NCBI GenBank assembly: GCA_964016885.1
Contig: OZ024747.1
Coordinates: forward strand, 44,640,001-44,704,000
From: Eledone cirrhosa
Taxonomy: Eukaryota
Direction: 5' to 3'
DNA length: 64,000 nucleotides
Below, piece by piece: positions 27,035 to 40,542 of the stretch (its first letter is position 1; each line of letters begins with the position of its first letter). The notes under the pieces are model-generated. The model ran no database searches. It saw nothing but the letters and a program-made list of their open reading frames with translations, and had not been told where the DNA came from. A program made the position numbers and the translations under genes.

Positions 27035-30000
27035 TCAGGATTTGGGCACCATGGCCCATTCGAGAAGAGAATTACTGTTTGCGGAGACATATCCGGGTGT
27101 GGGTGGTTTGTCCGGGATTACTTGGAGGAATTTGTCCAAAGACTTCTTGAATTTTGTGTGGTCAGTTTCTGTTTTGACGTGTCCTGGTGTGATGTTGAAG
27201 AGAGCAGGGCCGATTGAGGTGAAATAATTGTGCCGTATTGTTGTTATGAGTTGCGATTTAGATTTTTGAATGGGACGGATAGCACGGGGCCCAAGCCTTG
27301 GGTGTATCTTGAAGGCGATGCCAACATCATTTGGGCAGTGATGATGGAACATTTTCCACATCATGCAGATAATATAACGCTCACGGCGACGTTGGAGTGA
27401 GTAAAGTTTCAGGTTTTCCAATCGACCCCAGTAGTCAAGGTCTGACATGCCATCTATCTTTTTCGTGATTGCCCTTTGAGGAGCTTCAAGTTTCATGATA
27501 CTTTGTTTCGTGTGGGGAGACCACAGTGGACAACAGTATTCAAGGTGTGGTCGGGCGAAAGTAGAGAAGAGAAGGATAATGGTGCGGGAATCTCTCGACT
27601 GGAAGGTTCTGAGGATCCAGGAACACATTCTGCGGGCCATGTCAACTTTGCTGCTTATATGCGTGGTCCAGCTTATGTTGCTGTCCACGGTTACTCCCAA
27701 GTCTCTGATGTTGTTAGATGCCACGAGAGTTTCCCCGGAGGGAAGGGAGTACGGGAGTTTCAGAGCATCCTCTTTTCCAAAGTGGATCAGTTCGAATTTG
27801 TCTTCGTTCAGTAACATGTTGTTCTTTTCTGCCCATTGGGTAACAGCCAGTAGGTCTGACTGAAGGCTTATCCGGTCATCCACGCCATTGATGACCTTTT
27901 GGAGCTTGGAATCATCAGCGAAAATTTTAATGTTGCTGTGTTTGATGATGTCAGTGATGTCATTAATATAGATGATGAAGAGAAGTGGGCCCAACACAGT
28001 GCCTTGTGGGACTCCACTACTGACTTTGGCTGGGCTTGATTTGACTCCCTCAACTACAACATGTTGGGTTCTGTTTGACAGGAAGCTCTTGATCCACTGC
28101 AGCAGCTTTCCAGTGACACCAATATTGGACAGCTTTCTGAGTAGAATGTTATGATCAACCCTGTCAAAGGCCTTGCTGAAATCAAGGTAGATAACATCAG
28201 TGTTGGAACCCTCTCCCAAGGCTCTCAAAATGTCATCAAAGTGATGCAGTAGTTGCGTCAGGCAATCCCTTCCATTACGGAATCCATGCTGGTTGGAGTT
28301 TAGCATATTGTTACTCTCAAGGAAGTGGGTCATTCGCGATCTCACCACTCGCTCAAATACCTTAATGATATGAGAGGTGAGTGAGATTGGACGGTAATTC
28401 ACGGCAAGGGATTTGTTTCCCTTTTTGAAAACTGGGACAACAGACTGGGATAGAAGGTTTTCTGGCACATATCCAGCATCCAGTGAGTTCCGCCACAGAT
28501 TGGCAAGAGGAGAAGCAAGTTGGTGTTGACACGCCTTCAAGACACAAGCAGGGAACCTATCGGGACCTACTGCTGAATTATGCTTGATTTCCTTTATTGC
28601 CGCCAAGACATCAGGGGCGCCAAACGTTATGTCCGATAAGGTGTAATGGGGAGTAACATCGCCGATACAGCCCAGATCGGCCATATCAGGATTGCTGAAA
28701 ACAGAGCAGTATTGTTTCTGCAGTATCTCACCCATGGTTTTAGCATTGTCTTGAAGAGTGCCATTTTCATCAATTAGAGGGCCAACAGTAGAGCCAGTGA
28801 TTTTGTGTTTTTTTGCAAATGAAAAGAACACTTTGGGATTGAGTTTGATCTTCTCAATGGCCCAGGCCTCTTCAGCTCTTCTCTGATTGTTGATGAGGGA
28901 CATTATGTTGTTTTGGAGGTTATGTTTTTTAATCTCTAGTGATGAAATGGCAGTCAAGTTGATGTGTTGCTGCTGACAGTATTTCAGCTTGTTGATTTTT
29001 TTGTTCGTTCTCTTAATTTTTCTGATGAGTGTTTTTCTATTTCTAGGGATTCTGCTCTTAGATTTGTTTATAGTTCTTAATGGGGTGTGTTTAGCACATA
29101 TGTTTGTAACAGTGTCCACAAATGTCTGCCAGGACTTTTTGATGTTAGTGGGTGTATGAGTGTGCGTGAAGGACCAGTCGACATGTGCAAGATCATGACT
29201 GATCGCTTCCCAGTTTGCATTGTGGAAATCCATAGCGTCAAACGGATGGACAGGAGAAATGACATTGGGTTTGTATATTGGACGGTGGAATCTCAGATCA
29301 CAGAGAACCATGTCATGATCAGAGAGTAGAGTTTTCTCCACTGCAATATTGTGGATATTGTCAGTGTGATTGCTGAAAATTAAGTCTAGGACGTTTTTGT
29401 GGCACCTCGTTGGTTCGAGAACTAGTTGGGATAGGAAGAAATCATCCATGAAGTCAAGAAGCGATTCCACAGCTTCCCTGTCAGAGGTTGAGGCAGAAGA
29501 ACCTGGTGGCAGGGTGTTTGTGGACCAGTCAACTCCGGGGAGGTTGAAGTCCCCCATCATTAAGATGTTGTCAGGGTGACACTCTTGGATGAAACACTTT
29601 ATGCTGTTGAGGCATTCCTTGAAGCATGGTACAGGCGTTTGGGGTGGCCTATAGAGCCCAACTACTAATAGGTTGTTGGTTTGACTGAATACAGTGACTG
29701 CCTCACAGTATCCATTAGTGAATATGTTCATAGCCTCTGTTGAGAAAGAATTATGGACATAAATGGCAGTTCCGCCCTTTCTTCTGCCAGCGCGATCAGC
29801 ACGGATGGCTTTGAAATTTTTCACTTTCACCTCGGCTTCCAAGTGGAGGTTACTGAGATGGGTTTCAGTGAGGACGAAGAAAGGGATGTGGTTTGGATGG
29901 ACATCAATCCAGTCCTCCAGGAATTTGATCTTCCATTTTTGAGTATTGGTGGAAGGGCTGATGCCTTGGGCGTTAAGCAAAAATGTAGAGGCGAGAGTGG

Positions 30001-30055
30001 ATGGTTTTAATTGTTTTGGTGTGTTGTTAATTTGTTTGTTTGTTAATGGCAGCAA
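27035..30055 (-). CDS. pol: LINE ORF2: APE endonuclease + reverse transcriptase (1006 aa, uninterrupted)
   Basis: APE motifs NAQG, TETHL, YRPP, GDFNLP, LDL, SDH. RT motifs [37 protein letters not shown]. Confidence 0.95.
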   Translation of the reverse strand: MLPLTNKQINNTPKQLKPSTLASTFLLNAQGISPSTNTQKWKIKFLEDWIDVHPNHIPFFVLTETHLSNLHLEAEVKVKNFKAIRADRAGRRKGGTAIYVHNSFSTEAMNIFTNGYCEAVTVFSQTNNLLVVGLYRPPQTPVPCFKECLNSIKCFIQECHPDNILMMGDFNLPGVDWSTNTLPPGSSASTSDREAVESLLDFMDDFFLSQLVLEPTRCHKNVLDLIFSNHTDNIHNIAVEKTLLSDHDMVLCDLRFHRPIYKPNVISPVHPFDAMDFHNANWEAISHDLAHVDWSFTHTHTPTNIKKSWQTFVDTVTNICAKHTPLRTINKSKSRIPRNRKTLIRKIKRTNKKINKLKYCQQQHINLTAISSLEIKKHNLQNNIMSLINNQRRAEEAWAIEKIKLNPKVFFSFAKKHKITGSTVGPLIDENGTLQDNAKTMGEILQKQYCSVFSNPDMADLGCIGDVTPHYTLSDITFGAPDVLAAIKEIKHNSAVGPDRFPACVLKACQHQLASPLANLWRNSLDAGYVPENLLSQSVVPVFKKGNKSLAVNYRPISLTSHIIKVFERVVRSRMTHFLESNNMLNSNQHGFRNGRDCLTQLLHHFDDILRALGEGSNTDVIYLDFSKAFDRVDHNILLRKLSNIGVTGKLLQWIKSFLSNRTQHVVVEGVKSSPAKVSSGVPQGTVLGPLLFIIYINDITDIIKHSNIKIFADDSKLQKVINGVDDRISLQSDLLAVTQWAEKNNMLLNEDKFELIHFGKEDALKLPYSLPSGETLVASNNIRDLGVTVDSNISWTTHISSKVDMARRMCSWILRTFQSRDSRTIILLFSTFARPHLEYCCPLWSPHTKQSIMKLEAPQRAITKKIDGMSDLDYWGRLENLKLYSLQRRRERYIICMMWKMFHHHCPNDVGIAFKIHPRLGPRAIRPIQKSKSQLITTIRHNYFTSIGPALFNITPGHVKTETDHTKFKKSLDKFLQVIPDKPPTPGYVSANSNSLLEWAMVPKS

Positions 30056-30278
30056 TGGGAGTTTGTGCAGTGGGGTGATAGTGGAGGGTGGTGCTGGGTG
30101 ATAGCTCGAATGTTTTTTTCCAGTTCTTTTGCCAGATTCATTATGGCTAAAAAAGAGGAAGAAGTTTCCTGTTTAGAAGACTGTTGGTGACTGTGGTAGT
30201 GGTTATTTTTATGTAGGTTATGGTTTTTGTTTTTGCTTTTATTTTTAATTTTATTTTCATTTATCTGACGGGTCCCCG
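30043..30278 (-). CDS. C-terminal remnant of LINE ORF1 (partial)
   Basis: Open frame (..[25 protein letters not shown]) whose stop overlaps the start of ORF2. Confidence 0.5.
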
Positions 30279-30332
30279 TATATATATATATACATATATA
30301 TATATACATATACATTTATCCGACGGGTCCCC

Positions 30333-31783
<1,451 letters not shown>

Positions 31784-31859
31784 AGAGAGAGCGAGAGAGA
31801 GAGGGGGAGAGGTAGAACACTAGAAGGTAACATCCCTAGATGAGTTTGGTAGAAGTAGG

Positions 31860-31986
31860 AACACAACAGTTAGTTCACCATACTGAGAACAATCGTTTCA
31901 CCTTATGCAGATCTTCAGCTGACCGAGCTGAAGATCCGCATAAGGCGCAACATTTGTTCTCGGTATGGTGAACTAACTGTTGTGTT
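31860..31986. mobile_element. fold-back (61-bp arms, 5-nt spacer) with a hammerhead motif in each arm
   Basis: Plus strand 31922-31964: accgag-CTGAAGA-tcc gcataa ggc-GCAA-catttg-TT-ctcggt. Minus strand 31886-31920: ag-CTGAAGA-tctgcataaggt-GAAA-cgattg-TT-ct. Confidence 0.75.
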
Positions 31987-32948
31987 ACTACATATATATA
32001 TCATCATCATCATTTAACATCCATTTCCACAATAGCATGGGTTAGACAGGTTGCATATTTTAGGCAAGTTGAGGTCAGATGACTGTTTTCCTCATACAGA
32101 ACTGACTTTAGCTTGGTTTCTACGGCTGGATTGCCTTCCTAATGCCAACCTCATTTACAGTGAGCACTGGGTTCTTGTTATCGTGACACCTATACGACCC
32201 CTTTACACATTATCAATGGGAGATTTAAGGACTGTCTGCTATCCATATAACACAATATTTGCAGGCTGTTCCCAAATCGAATTTTCGATGTTCTATCTTC
32301 TATGTCCAATTATATGTTGGGTTCAATGCAAAATAATTCTGCAAATAACACCTGATGATATTGCCTTCTCTTGCATCATAATATAGTTGAGATTCTCCTT
32401 TAACAAGTTGTTTTTAATTTTGCATTGTTTTCGTTTGTTTTCTTGTCCTCTCCTTGTTAATTTTCCTAAGTTTATATGTATATATAAATATCTATCTATA
32501 TATGTATATATATAGACATATATGTATAATATATGAACACACATATATATATATACATATATCTATATATATATATACAATATATAAATACACATGTATA
32601 TGGATATATACACATATATATATATATATATACAATATATAAATACACATGCATATGGATATATACACATATATATATATACAATATAAATACACATATA
32701 TATATATACAATATGTCTATATGTATGTATATATATGTGTTTATATATAATCACATATAATATATAAACACATATATATACATATATATATACACGTATA
32801 AACACACATATATATATATACACACATATATATACATATATATATACACATACATATATATATACATATATATATACATATATTATATACACATATATAT
32901 ACATATATTATATACACATATATATACATACATATATATATATACATA

Positions 32949-32988
<40 letters not shown>

Positions 32989-33463
32989 CATATATTATAT
33001 ACACACATATATATATATATATATATATACACATCTACATACATATATATATATATACATACATATATACATATATTATATACACACATATATATATATA
33101 TATATATACACATCTACATACATATATATATATACATACATATATACAAAGATATATACATACACACACACATATATATATAGAGACAGATATATATACA
33201 TATATATATATATATAGACATATATTTCTATATATACATATATACATACACATAAATATATAGACATATATATATATATACATATATATATATACATACA
33301 TACACATATATAGAGACATATATATATATATACATACATTTATAGACATATATAGATATATATACATACATATATATAGATATATATAGATACATATGCA
33401 TATATGTATAGACATATAATATATACATATATACCTATCTATATATATATATATGTATACGTA

Positions 33464-33497
<34 letters not shown>

Positions 33498-33821
33498 CAG
33501 ACATATACACATATTCATATATATATATGTACACACATGCATATATAAATATATATATACATATACATATATAAATATATATACATGTATATGTATATAT
33601 ATATATATACATGTATATGTATATATATATATATATATATGCATACATATATATATATATATATATATGCATACATATATATATATATGTGTATACACAT
33701 ATATAAATATATGCATACGTATATATATATTTACATATACATGCACATCTATATAGGTATATATATGTATATATAAATATATATATATATATATTTGCAT
33801 ATACATACACATATATATGTA

Positions 33822-33894
33822 AGATGTCCCCCCCCAAAATATATACACCTGAACAGCCTTTTAATAAAAGTGTGTATACATTTTGATGGTGACA

Positions 33895-33897
<3 letters not shown>
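33822..33897. mobile_element. mariner-like mini-MITE (same family as 19940; another copy at 35603-35669)
   Basis: Shared aaagtgtgtatacatttt..g(a/t)cac(c)ctg|TA end. Confidence 0.6.
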
Positions 33898-33972
<75 letters not shown>

Positions 33973-34026
33973 ATATATATATATCCATACACATATATAT
34001 ATATGTATACATATATATATTGCCAT

Positions 34027-34070
34027 GTGTATTGGCCTGGGCCAATACTGACCAAAACCTATCAAAGTTA
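34027..34070 (+). mobile_element. extreme 3' tip of the same CR1/L2-group LINE family
   Basis: tggcctgggccaatactgaccaaaacctatcaaagtta matches the 3' UTR at 26958-26996 (reverse complement) and is embedded in (TA)n. Confidence 0.8.
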
Positions 34071-34111
34071 TATATATATATATATATATAAATACATATA
34101 TATATACATAA

Positions 34112-34163
<52 letters not shown>

Positions 34164-34403
34164 TATATATATATACATGCATATATATATATATACATGC
34201 ATATATATATACATCCATATATATATATACATATATATATACATACATATATATATATACATACATATATATATATACATACATATATACATACATATAT
34301 ATATACATAAATATATATACATACATATATATATATACATATATATACATACATATATATATATACATACATATATATATACATACATATATATATACAT
34401 ACA

Positions 34404-34458
<55 letters not shown>

Positions 34459-34511
34459 ACATACATATATATAAATATATATATACATACATATATATAT
34501 ATATACATACA

Positions 34512-34552
<41 letters not shown>

Positions 34553-34997
34553 ACATACATATATATATATACATACATATATATATATATATATACATAC
34601 ATATATATATATTATAGAGAGAGTATATATATAACGCCCGAGTGCGCGCACGCGTACTATTTTTGTTGCTTTTTTATCCTATCTATGTCGACCTGTCCTA
34701 GTTATGGAGAAGCAGACTTCGACAACCGAAAAGCTGGCCGCTTGAACTGCTTACAGAAAGAGAGCAGGAAAGCAGGTTTCTTTATGGATTATCACTGAAA
34801 GTTATTGCAAACATCTGATAAGCCTTTGTCACTGAAATATAGTAATTTCTTACCTGAAACAGCAACAAATATATTGTTAATCTTTCTCCATTATGTGTTA
34901 TGTAGTACTATACAAATAACATATATACGTATATATAGATTTGTATAACTATATATATATGTGTGTGTACATGTGTATTATATATATATATATGTAA

Positions 34998-35047
<50 letters not shown>

Positions 35048-35557
35048 AAATGGCGTTATTAGAACTGTTTCGTACCTTTTAACAATGAAGAGTTACCCAG
35101 CATGGCCTAATTTTATGACCTAGATTTCTCTCGATCTCATTCTTTCGATAATAATAACAAGAATGACAAGAAGAACAACAACGATGATTAGTGATAATAA
35201 ATAATTTAGTAACTCTGTTTTACCTATCTACTACAATGCTGCACATTTCCAGCAAATGATGTATTGAAGAAATAAGCTGTAGTGGCATTCATTCTTTTTC
35301 AAACGCATCTCTCCGGGTACTTACCATTAAAAATAGATATGGTTTCTTAACTTCTGAGAATTGTTACAAACTTTATAGGGGTCTATTTCTTCATATTATT
35401 GGTACTAAATTTATCAATTCTTGTGAATTGGAAGTCAAGGAGTGGACGTCGACGAGTAATAATAATAATAATAACTATTATTATTATTATTATTATTATC
35501 TTTTTATGCCAAATTGGAGAAAGGCAATGATATATAGAAAAAGGGTGTGTTACAGTG

Positions 35558-35606
<49 letters not shown>

Positions 35607-35671
35607 GGTATACATATTTTAACAACATTCTAATAAAAGTATGTATACACTTTTTGGGGGTCACCCTGTAT

Positions 35672-35798
<127 letters not shown>

Positions 35799-35881
35799 CC
35801 TTAATTGAAACGTCTGTTTTTCCTTACTTCATTGTGGGGTGGATATATACTGAAATATAGATACATTTGTGCGTGTTGCGC

Positions 35882-35961
<80 letters not shown>

Positions 35962-37762
35962 ACCCGGTGACTGATGTAAGGAATGAAATAAAGAATTCTT
36001 TGTTAAGGTTAACTAACATCAATAATACACAAGTACACACACACACATACATATATATGTGTGTATATATATAATGAAACATTTAACCAAAGTTATTGCC
36101 AACGAACCCCACAAATCGGAGAAAAAAGATTGGGCCAACCACTTGAAGAGCAGAGTACTCCGCCAAACTTCGACAGCCCTGAATTCCAAGTCAATGTTCT
36201 CTCCTAGATCCATTTTTTTGTTCGCTAAATTTTGAGGGCCGTATCACCCCCACCAACACGAAACCTTATGACTCTCACCTAACTTTATTATTTACCGCAA
36301 TCTACTTCTTTTGTCTCCACCCTGATCCAGACTTAACGTAAGTTCTTCTCTTTTGATGTAAAGGATGTAATAGAAGTTTTATTGAAAAAAGAAAACATCG
36401 GTCAACAGCTTTCAACCCCCATAACACCTTATCACCCCTCCTGCTGTGGTCACTCACAAAAGAAAAATTCAACTTGACAAGCCATCCTTATAATAAACTT
36501 AAATTCATAATGATAATCAGATCATTAGCTAGTTTATTAATTTTGACGAGGAGGGCTCATGTCTTTAATAGTCGTTGAGTTTAAATATACACATGTAATA
36601 CACAGAAATACTAGCAGAGAACGGCTGGGCACTTTTCTAGGGTGACTGGTTAAACCACCCTAGGCTCCTCCTTATCTACAACTGCATAATCATCGTTGAT
36701 TATGGCGATTATAATAAGAGATAATTACTATAGTGATGATTATGATAAGAACAATTTAATTCAATAATAATAATTGTTTCTACTTTTAGGCACAATAATG
36801 ATCATTTTCTTTTATTAACCATGTGGGCCCAAGATGTGCAGTGTAGTACAAGATCGGCGGAGTGGGAAGGTGTTGCTTGAAGTAAAAGACCGAAATCAAC
36901 AATAACAATAAAGAACAATAATAAAGAAATAACAATATATATATAGCAATAATGATTTCTAAGAGAGAAGGACAGCTACACACATTGGAAGAGGAGGAAA
37001 CAGACGACGAAATCGACCTCAGAAGTTGACTGGTACTTCATGTTATAATGCTACATTAAATATAAATAACTATAAAAAAAAATATATATATATAATCTAT
37101 CGTCAAATAAGAGAACTATGTTTGACATAATTGTTCTTAACAGGAATTCGGAAATTTTTACCTTATATATTTCCCCCGTTCTTCTTTCCTATTTTTGCCA
37201 CATTCCGATACGACGATGTTGGTATTTTGTTGAAGGTCGATTATGTTTACTAATATTACTTCACAGAACAGAAAGGATAACGACCGCTCGGCCACCAGCC
37301 CCGCTTTCATGAGGTTGTTACCCTCATTTTCACATGGGAGTGGCAAGCCAAACTTGTCAGCCTCTTACATACATGCTACATACACAACAACGAGCCAAGA
37401 AAGTAGAGCATAGTTGCCTGACCTGCTAGAAACAACAGTCAAATCTCTCCCAAATCACACTCTACCTTATTAAAAAATGACATATCGGATAATATGGTCA
37501 TAGGTTCCCCGTATATAGGATAAAAGCGGGATGATCATGGCGGAAATGCCTTTGATTATAGATTTGCTCAGTCAAGGCTAACCTAGGGTTAAACAACAAC
37601 CACAACACGCACACACACACACACAACACCACAACACACATTCGTTCTACTTTCATTCGTCCGTTATCTAGCCTAATTTCTTCGTTTCTTCCTAAACTTC
37701 GCAATGAGTGATAAACGGAAACAAAAACTACGCAAACCTGTTTGAGAGAAGAATTTGTTTTT

Positions 37763-38878
37763 CACCACCACCACCACCATCACCATGATCGCTACCATCA
37801 CCGCCTCTACCAACACCAACACCACCACCATCACCAACAACACCATCATCACCAACACCTTCATCACCACCTCCATCACCGCCACCACCTCCAACACCAC
37901 TACCAACAGCACCATCATCAACAACAACACCATCACCATCCCCCACAACTATCAACAACATCACCACCACCACCATCACCAACAGCACCACCAACACCAA
38001 CAACGCCATCATCGCCACCACAACCATCAACAACAACAACCATCATCACCACCACCACCAACATCACTAACACCACCACCACCAACAGCATCACCATCAC
38101 CACCACCAACAACACCACCCCACCGTCAGCCATCACCAGCGCCAACATCACCAACACCTTCATCACCGCCGCCAACTGCACGACCACCATCATCATCATA
38201 ACCAACACATCCATCACCATCACCACCAACAACACCACCCCACCGTCAGCCATCACCAGCACCAACATCACCAACACCATCATCACCGCCGCCAACTGCA
38301 CGACCACCACCATCATCATAACCAACACATCCATCACCATCACCACCAACAACACCACCCCACCGTCAGCCATCACCAGCACCAACATCACCAACACCAT
38401 CATCACCGCCGCCACCTGCACGACCACCACCATCATCATAACCAACACATCCATCACCATCACCACCAACAACACCACCCCACCGTCAGCCATCACCAGC
38501 ACCAACATCACCAACACCATCATCACCGCCGCCACCTGCACGACCACCACCATCATCATAACCAACACATCCATCACCATCACCACCAACAACACCACCC
38601 CACCGTCAGCCATCACCGGCACCAACATCACCAACACCATCATCACCGCCGCCAACTGCACGACCACCACCATCATCATAACCAACACATCCATCACCAT
38701 CACCACCAACAACACCACCCCACCGTCAGCCATCACCAGCACCAACATCACCAACACCATCATCACCGCCGCCAACTGCACGACCACCACCATCATCATA
38801 ACCAACACATCCATCACCAGCACTATCATCATAACTACTATCTACACCGCCACAACTAACACCACTACAACCATCATT
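37763..38878. repeat. (ACC/ATC/AAC)n repeat with a 120-bp higher-order unit, about 6 copies (38090-38818)
   Basis: Sequence recurs with exact 120-nt periodicity. Confidence 0.95.
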
Positions 38879-39417
38879 TAAACAAAGACTTGATTTTATA
38901 AAGATTCCTGTTATTATAATCACTATTATTAACATCGCCATCATCGGGTAACAGAGATGGTGGTGTTAATAACAGTATTTACCCCCTTTCCTTTCTTTTT
39001 ACTCGATTTTATGTAAAACCCCACTGACATTTTTAATTATATTGTACTTATTATTTTCGGCCCCAGTAACCAATAAAAACAAGTTATTATCACAATCATC
39101 ATCATTATCTAGTATTAATATTAGCGATAAAAATAGTTATTTTATCTACAAACTTTTAGGAATTCATTATTGCTGGCGTAAGTATACTTGGTTCCCAGAT
39201 TTTACCTTAGTTCTTTTGGGGGTTAAAAGCTGAAACACTGTATGAGCTGTATATCGAGATTACGTTACACATGTGTGTGTGTGTATGTATATATATATAT
39301 ATCGTAAATATACTCCAAATACTTGTTGAGTGCTTTTATATCAGTTATAAATATTTACTCGTTGTAACCCAACAATTTAAATAAAACTTTGCATATATAT
39401 ATATATATATATATATA

Positions 39418-40010
39418 TTGGTGCTACTGGTAACATGTATCCCAGTACAACCTGTCTCATGGTCGGGTCGTTGGCGACTAAACTGGCAACCCCACCAAGG
39501 TTTCTTGATGAGGAGGGTGACTTTGGACATCCTACAGGACTAAAAACAAAACTTGTCAAAGGGCAAAGAGCTCTTAAGAGTCAATGGCCATCCAAAATCA
39601 CCGGGAGAGATGACCCCTTAGCCTTTGTCAAGGCAGAATTCTAGGAGAAGGAAAACTCTGATATAACACCTGCAACCCTGATGGTATCCAATGATGTTGA
39701 ATTGTTCTTATTTTTGGTAAATATCATCTTGGTTAAGAGAGTGGGACTGGCTTTGTGCAGTGCCTTTGCTCACTATAAAAGCTTCACGGCACAGGCATTG
39801 CTTTATATCTGGAGATCTCTCTGCACTCGTCGTCACATGGTACCACGGGCCCAACACTATGTGTCAATAATTGTCACAGGTGTAGTGTTTGTACCAGAGT
39901 TTTCAAGTCGCTGGCTGGACTAAAAAGTTACACTCGTTTAGCGCATCGGTAGGGGTTCTCCTACATGGATATAAAGTAGTGGCCGTACTGGAAAACGAGT
40001 TGCAGCCACC
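39418..40010 (+). mobile_element. bipartite RTE-derived non-autonomous retroelement (5' UTR-like part + 3' end)
   Basis: Contains ctaggagaaggaaaactctg (RTE 5' UTR-like motif) joined to the RTE-like 3' end, with (TA)n on both flanks. Confidence 0.6.
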
Positions 40011-40086
40011 ATATATATATATATATATATATAGTTAAAGAGAGAAGAGTAATATGATTGGCTGTACAATAAGGGCTTTATTTAAA

Positions 40087-40197
40087 GTACTGACAATTGT
40101 TTCGTTGATCAGGTGTGTCTAGAGTTCGCTAATCGGTTGAGGTTGCATCGATCGATCTCCAATACATTGTTTACCACCGGTCAATACATCAGAGTAC
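40087..40197 (-). ncRNA. hammerhead motif with extended helix II and an A9U change
   Basis: gtact-CTGATGT-attgaccggtg..cacctgatcaac-GAAA-caattg-TC-agtac, followed by AATAAA. Confidence 0.65.
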
Positions 40198-40255
40198 GTA
40201 GATATGAAAATAATTCACTCGAGGCAAGACTTATATAGAAAAACAGCGTAAAACC

Positions 40256-40529
40256 TGTGGTTAGAAAAAGCTATCTCACTTACCGCTTTTCACAGGCGCC
40301 GCTAAATTCCACTGCAGGTACTCCTCTTCCACGTGCGTCCGACTGCTTAACACCGGGAGCTGCCCAAAACGCGTCCTCACCGTATGCTGGTCACCACTAG
40401 AGAGAGGCCCTCTCCTGGCCCTTCCGGTCGAGCATCCTTCCGGTCAAAGACCCCTTCCGGTCGAGCACTCAAAAACCCCTTCTGGTCTAGCACTCCCCCC
40501 CGCCCCCCGCACGCCACACCATACCCACA
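40256..40529 (-). repeat. 3' LTR
   Basis: tgtgg...ccaca termini, near-identical to 44197-44481. Confidence 0.95.
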
Positions 40530-40542
40530 CGCCCCCCTGATC

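Larger units (their letters stand above)
26948..30278 (-). mobile_element. 5'-truncated CR1/L2-group LINE inserted in a TA-rich microsatellite
   Basis: ORF1 tail plus intact ORF2 and a short 3' UTR ending (ttcaaagtta)2, with TA/TACA tracts on both sides. Confidence 0.9.

Noticed and set aside
32350-32395. CTGATGA at 32352 (and others at 5772 and 19370)
   Set aside because: No downstream helix II-GAAA-helix III arrangement.
36070-36500. Possible Penelope RT fragment (FFSFDVK)
   Set aside because: Single short motif with no supporting ORF. It would need a TBLASTN/HMM hit.
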